Made by a program: the position numbers and the translations under genes. Positions 61,511 to 64,000 of a stretch of 64,000 nt of DNA are shown one piece after another. This stretch comes from Octopus sinensis (lineage: Eukaryota). The notes under the pieces are model-generated. The model had not been told where the DNA came from. It ran no database searches and was given only the letters and a program-made list of their open reading frames with translations. Position 1 is the first letter of the stretch, and the number at the start of each line of letters is the position of its first letter. Location: NCBI RefSeq assembly GCF_006345805.1, contig NC_043003.1:39866001-39930000 (forward strand), read 5' to 3'.

Positions 61511-62495
61511 TATTAGAGACAAAACCACTATTTTGCAAAACAAACAAGGAAAGACTTAATCAATACATAAAATTTTAATAAAAAGTCAAAAAAACCGCCA
61601 CTACAATTGTTTCTTGTCTTGATCGATAATCTTCAGGTGGACTTCCAATCTAAAATATCAATATTTTAAAATAAAAATAATAATTTTAAAATAATTAAAG
61701 TATTAATGAAAAAATATAAATATATAATCTATATATAACCTATATATAATACATATATAATCAATATATAAACAATATATAAACTAAAATAAACCTATCA
61801 ACAATTAATATAAAATATAAAATATAAAATATAAAATATAAAACAAAACAAAAAATAAACTATATATACACCACCCATACCATATAACTAATTATATATA
61901 ACCATATCTAAATACATACACTAAATCACACACACCCTATTATATATCCCTATACATACACATAAAACGTCTAGGCAACGATAAATAAATAAAATAGCCA
62001 AATACTTCAACACAATACTTATTCATACTCCCTCACACACACATACAACCCACATTCCCGCTCTGGAAACGGACATCATTTAAAATTATGAATGGAGAAA
62101 TGGAACAAATGGAATTAAAAATTATATTCACTTGGTAAAACGAACATTACCTAAAAATTATGAATGAAACAATGCAACAAAACAACAGACATCGTAAATA
62201 GACACAAATTACTACGAATTCCTTAACAAAACTACCATGACAAACCAAAACTCATAAAAACATATAATGATAAAATCTCCCTTTACTAACTCTATAACAT
62301 ACCTATATAGCAATCCCCCTAACCTAAACATCACACACAAATACACACACGTAAACCCACACACCCACGACATATACAAATACCCCCCTACTCACACATA
62401 CCTACCTATACATACATATAAACCTCAATATATTTATGTATTGATTAAGTCTTTTCCTTGTTTGTTTTGCCAAATAGTGGTTTTGTCTCTAATAA
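61511..62495 (-). mobile_element. Penelope-like remnant bounded by ~60-bp inverted copies of its end, inside (TA)n
   Basis: ATTAGAGACAAAACCACTATTT.GCAAAACAAACAAGG at 61511 and its reverse complement at ~62430-62495. It contains a hammerhead motif. Confidence 0.65.
61598..61640 (-). ncRNA. Minimal type-I hammerhead ribozyme motif
   Basis: Minus strand: CCAC-CUGAAGA-UUAUC(GAUCAA)GACAA-GAAA-CAAUUG-UA^GUGG. It has an intact core, a 4-bp stem I and a palindromic stem III. Confidence 0.7.
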
Positions 62496-62596
62496 TATTA
62501 TATAATATTATATAATATTATATAATATTTTACTATAAAATTGATTAATCCTAAATCTGATTTTTTTCCCTGTAAATTTGATTTATTCCCTAATAT

Positions 62597-62627
<31 letters not shown>

Positions 62628-64000
62628 TATATAGATATATATATATAGTGTGTGTGTGTGTGGTGTGTGTGTGTGTGTGTGGTAGCTTCTTTCAGTTTCC
62701 GTCTTCCAAATACACTCTAAGCTTTTGGTCGGTCCGAGGCCATAGCAGAAGACTCTTTCCCAAGATATCATGCGGTAGAGGCTGAACCCAGAAACCATAT
62801 AGTTGGGAAGCCACGCCTATAATTATTGCACTTAAATTTTAACAATAAAATTTCACATGGACCCCGGTTGAAAAAACTACTCCGCTACTATAATATAAGG
62901 TTCAAGAAGATCCATATTAATGTCTTGAAAAATATGATATTCATCATTTTGTTAAACACAAAAATGATACATAAAACAAAGCGAGTAACAGATTTCTATA
63001 TATTTTGTTAGATTTTTAACAGTAAAATTTTTGCCTTAACTTTCCACGCAAGATGCGCCAGAAAATTTTTTGTTTGATGCGAAGTACGTTAGTAATATTT
63101 TTCCTGTGCCAAGAACTCCAAAAAGATTGAGAATGTATGTGTGAGTGTGTGTATATACATATGTACACACATATACACACACACACACATACACACACAC
63201 ATACACACACATATATATTCATACATACATACATACATACATACGTACGTACATACATACATAGAGAGAGAGAGAGAGGCTGAGAGACAGAGAGTGGGGA
63301 GAAAGGCGTGGAGAGAAGCATCAGTTGATAAACACACCAGAGAATTCCACCGGCATGCGCGCGCGCAACACACACACACACACACACATGCAAGCACGCA
63401 CACAACTGGAAGATTAGCTTTGGACGATTTATTAATGCCAAAATATAGGCGAAAAAACAACACGTAGAAATAGCAGACGTGAAATAAACTACGAAAAAAT
63501 TGCGGGGTTAACAATAAAACAGTTATATATCGACCATGATGATTTTATCAGTTACGACATCGTTTCCATGACACCTTACTACCGAGTAAAAGAAAAAAAA
63601 TATGCGCCATTCATCCCTTCATTCAGAAGGTGAGTCGGAGAAGTCATTGAAACCTTAAAATGCATAAGAATGCGACTACTTCAGTAAAACATAACGAATT
63701 AATAAATATCTTTTATCTTTTGTGTTTTTATTTGTTTCAGTCTTTGGATTGCGGCCTTGCTGGGGCACCGCCTTGAAAGGCTTAGTTAAACAAATCGACC
63801 CCAGTATATTAAAAAAAAAAATCAAGTGTGGTATATATCTTTTAGAAGTCGTTTTCGTTTGCCGAACCACTAAGTATCTGGGACATAAACAAAGCAATAC
63901 CAGTTATCAAGTGGTGGTGGAGACAGATAAAAACACAAAGGTACACACACACACACACACACACACACACCACACACACACACACACACGCACACGCACA

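Overview
AT-rich, repeat-dense animal genomic DNA. The SINE, RTE, mariner and Penelope repeat complement and the long (TA)n/(CA)n tracts look like an octopus genome (inference). The only securely identified host gene is a complete 11-exon DNAJC3/P58IPK on the + strand (ATG 8151, stop 37963, 488 aa: signal peptide, TPR array, J-domain with HPD, C-terminal FQFKFHFN). An ERSE-like CCAAT-N9-ACACG element sits upstream of it. The rest is transposon-derived: mariner fossils, a hAT/BED remnant, RTE and CR1 LINE fragments, MITEs, SINEs, Penelope-like ends and a ~775-bp tandem array. The most interesting non-standard signals are: (i) several minimal type-I hammerhead-ribozyme motifs tied to Penelope-like ends, one preceded by a tRNA-type Pol III promoter directly after a GIY-YIG coding tail; (ii) a 5S-rRNA-derived head fused to the body of the local tRNA-SINE family; (iii) a ~1.45-kb inversion that splits a mariner at its TIR; (iv) several long intronic fold-back hairpins; (v) weak candidates for neighbouring genes upstream of DNAJC3. 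All calls are by eye and no database search was run.
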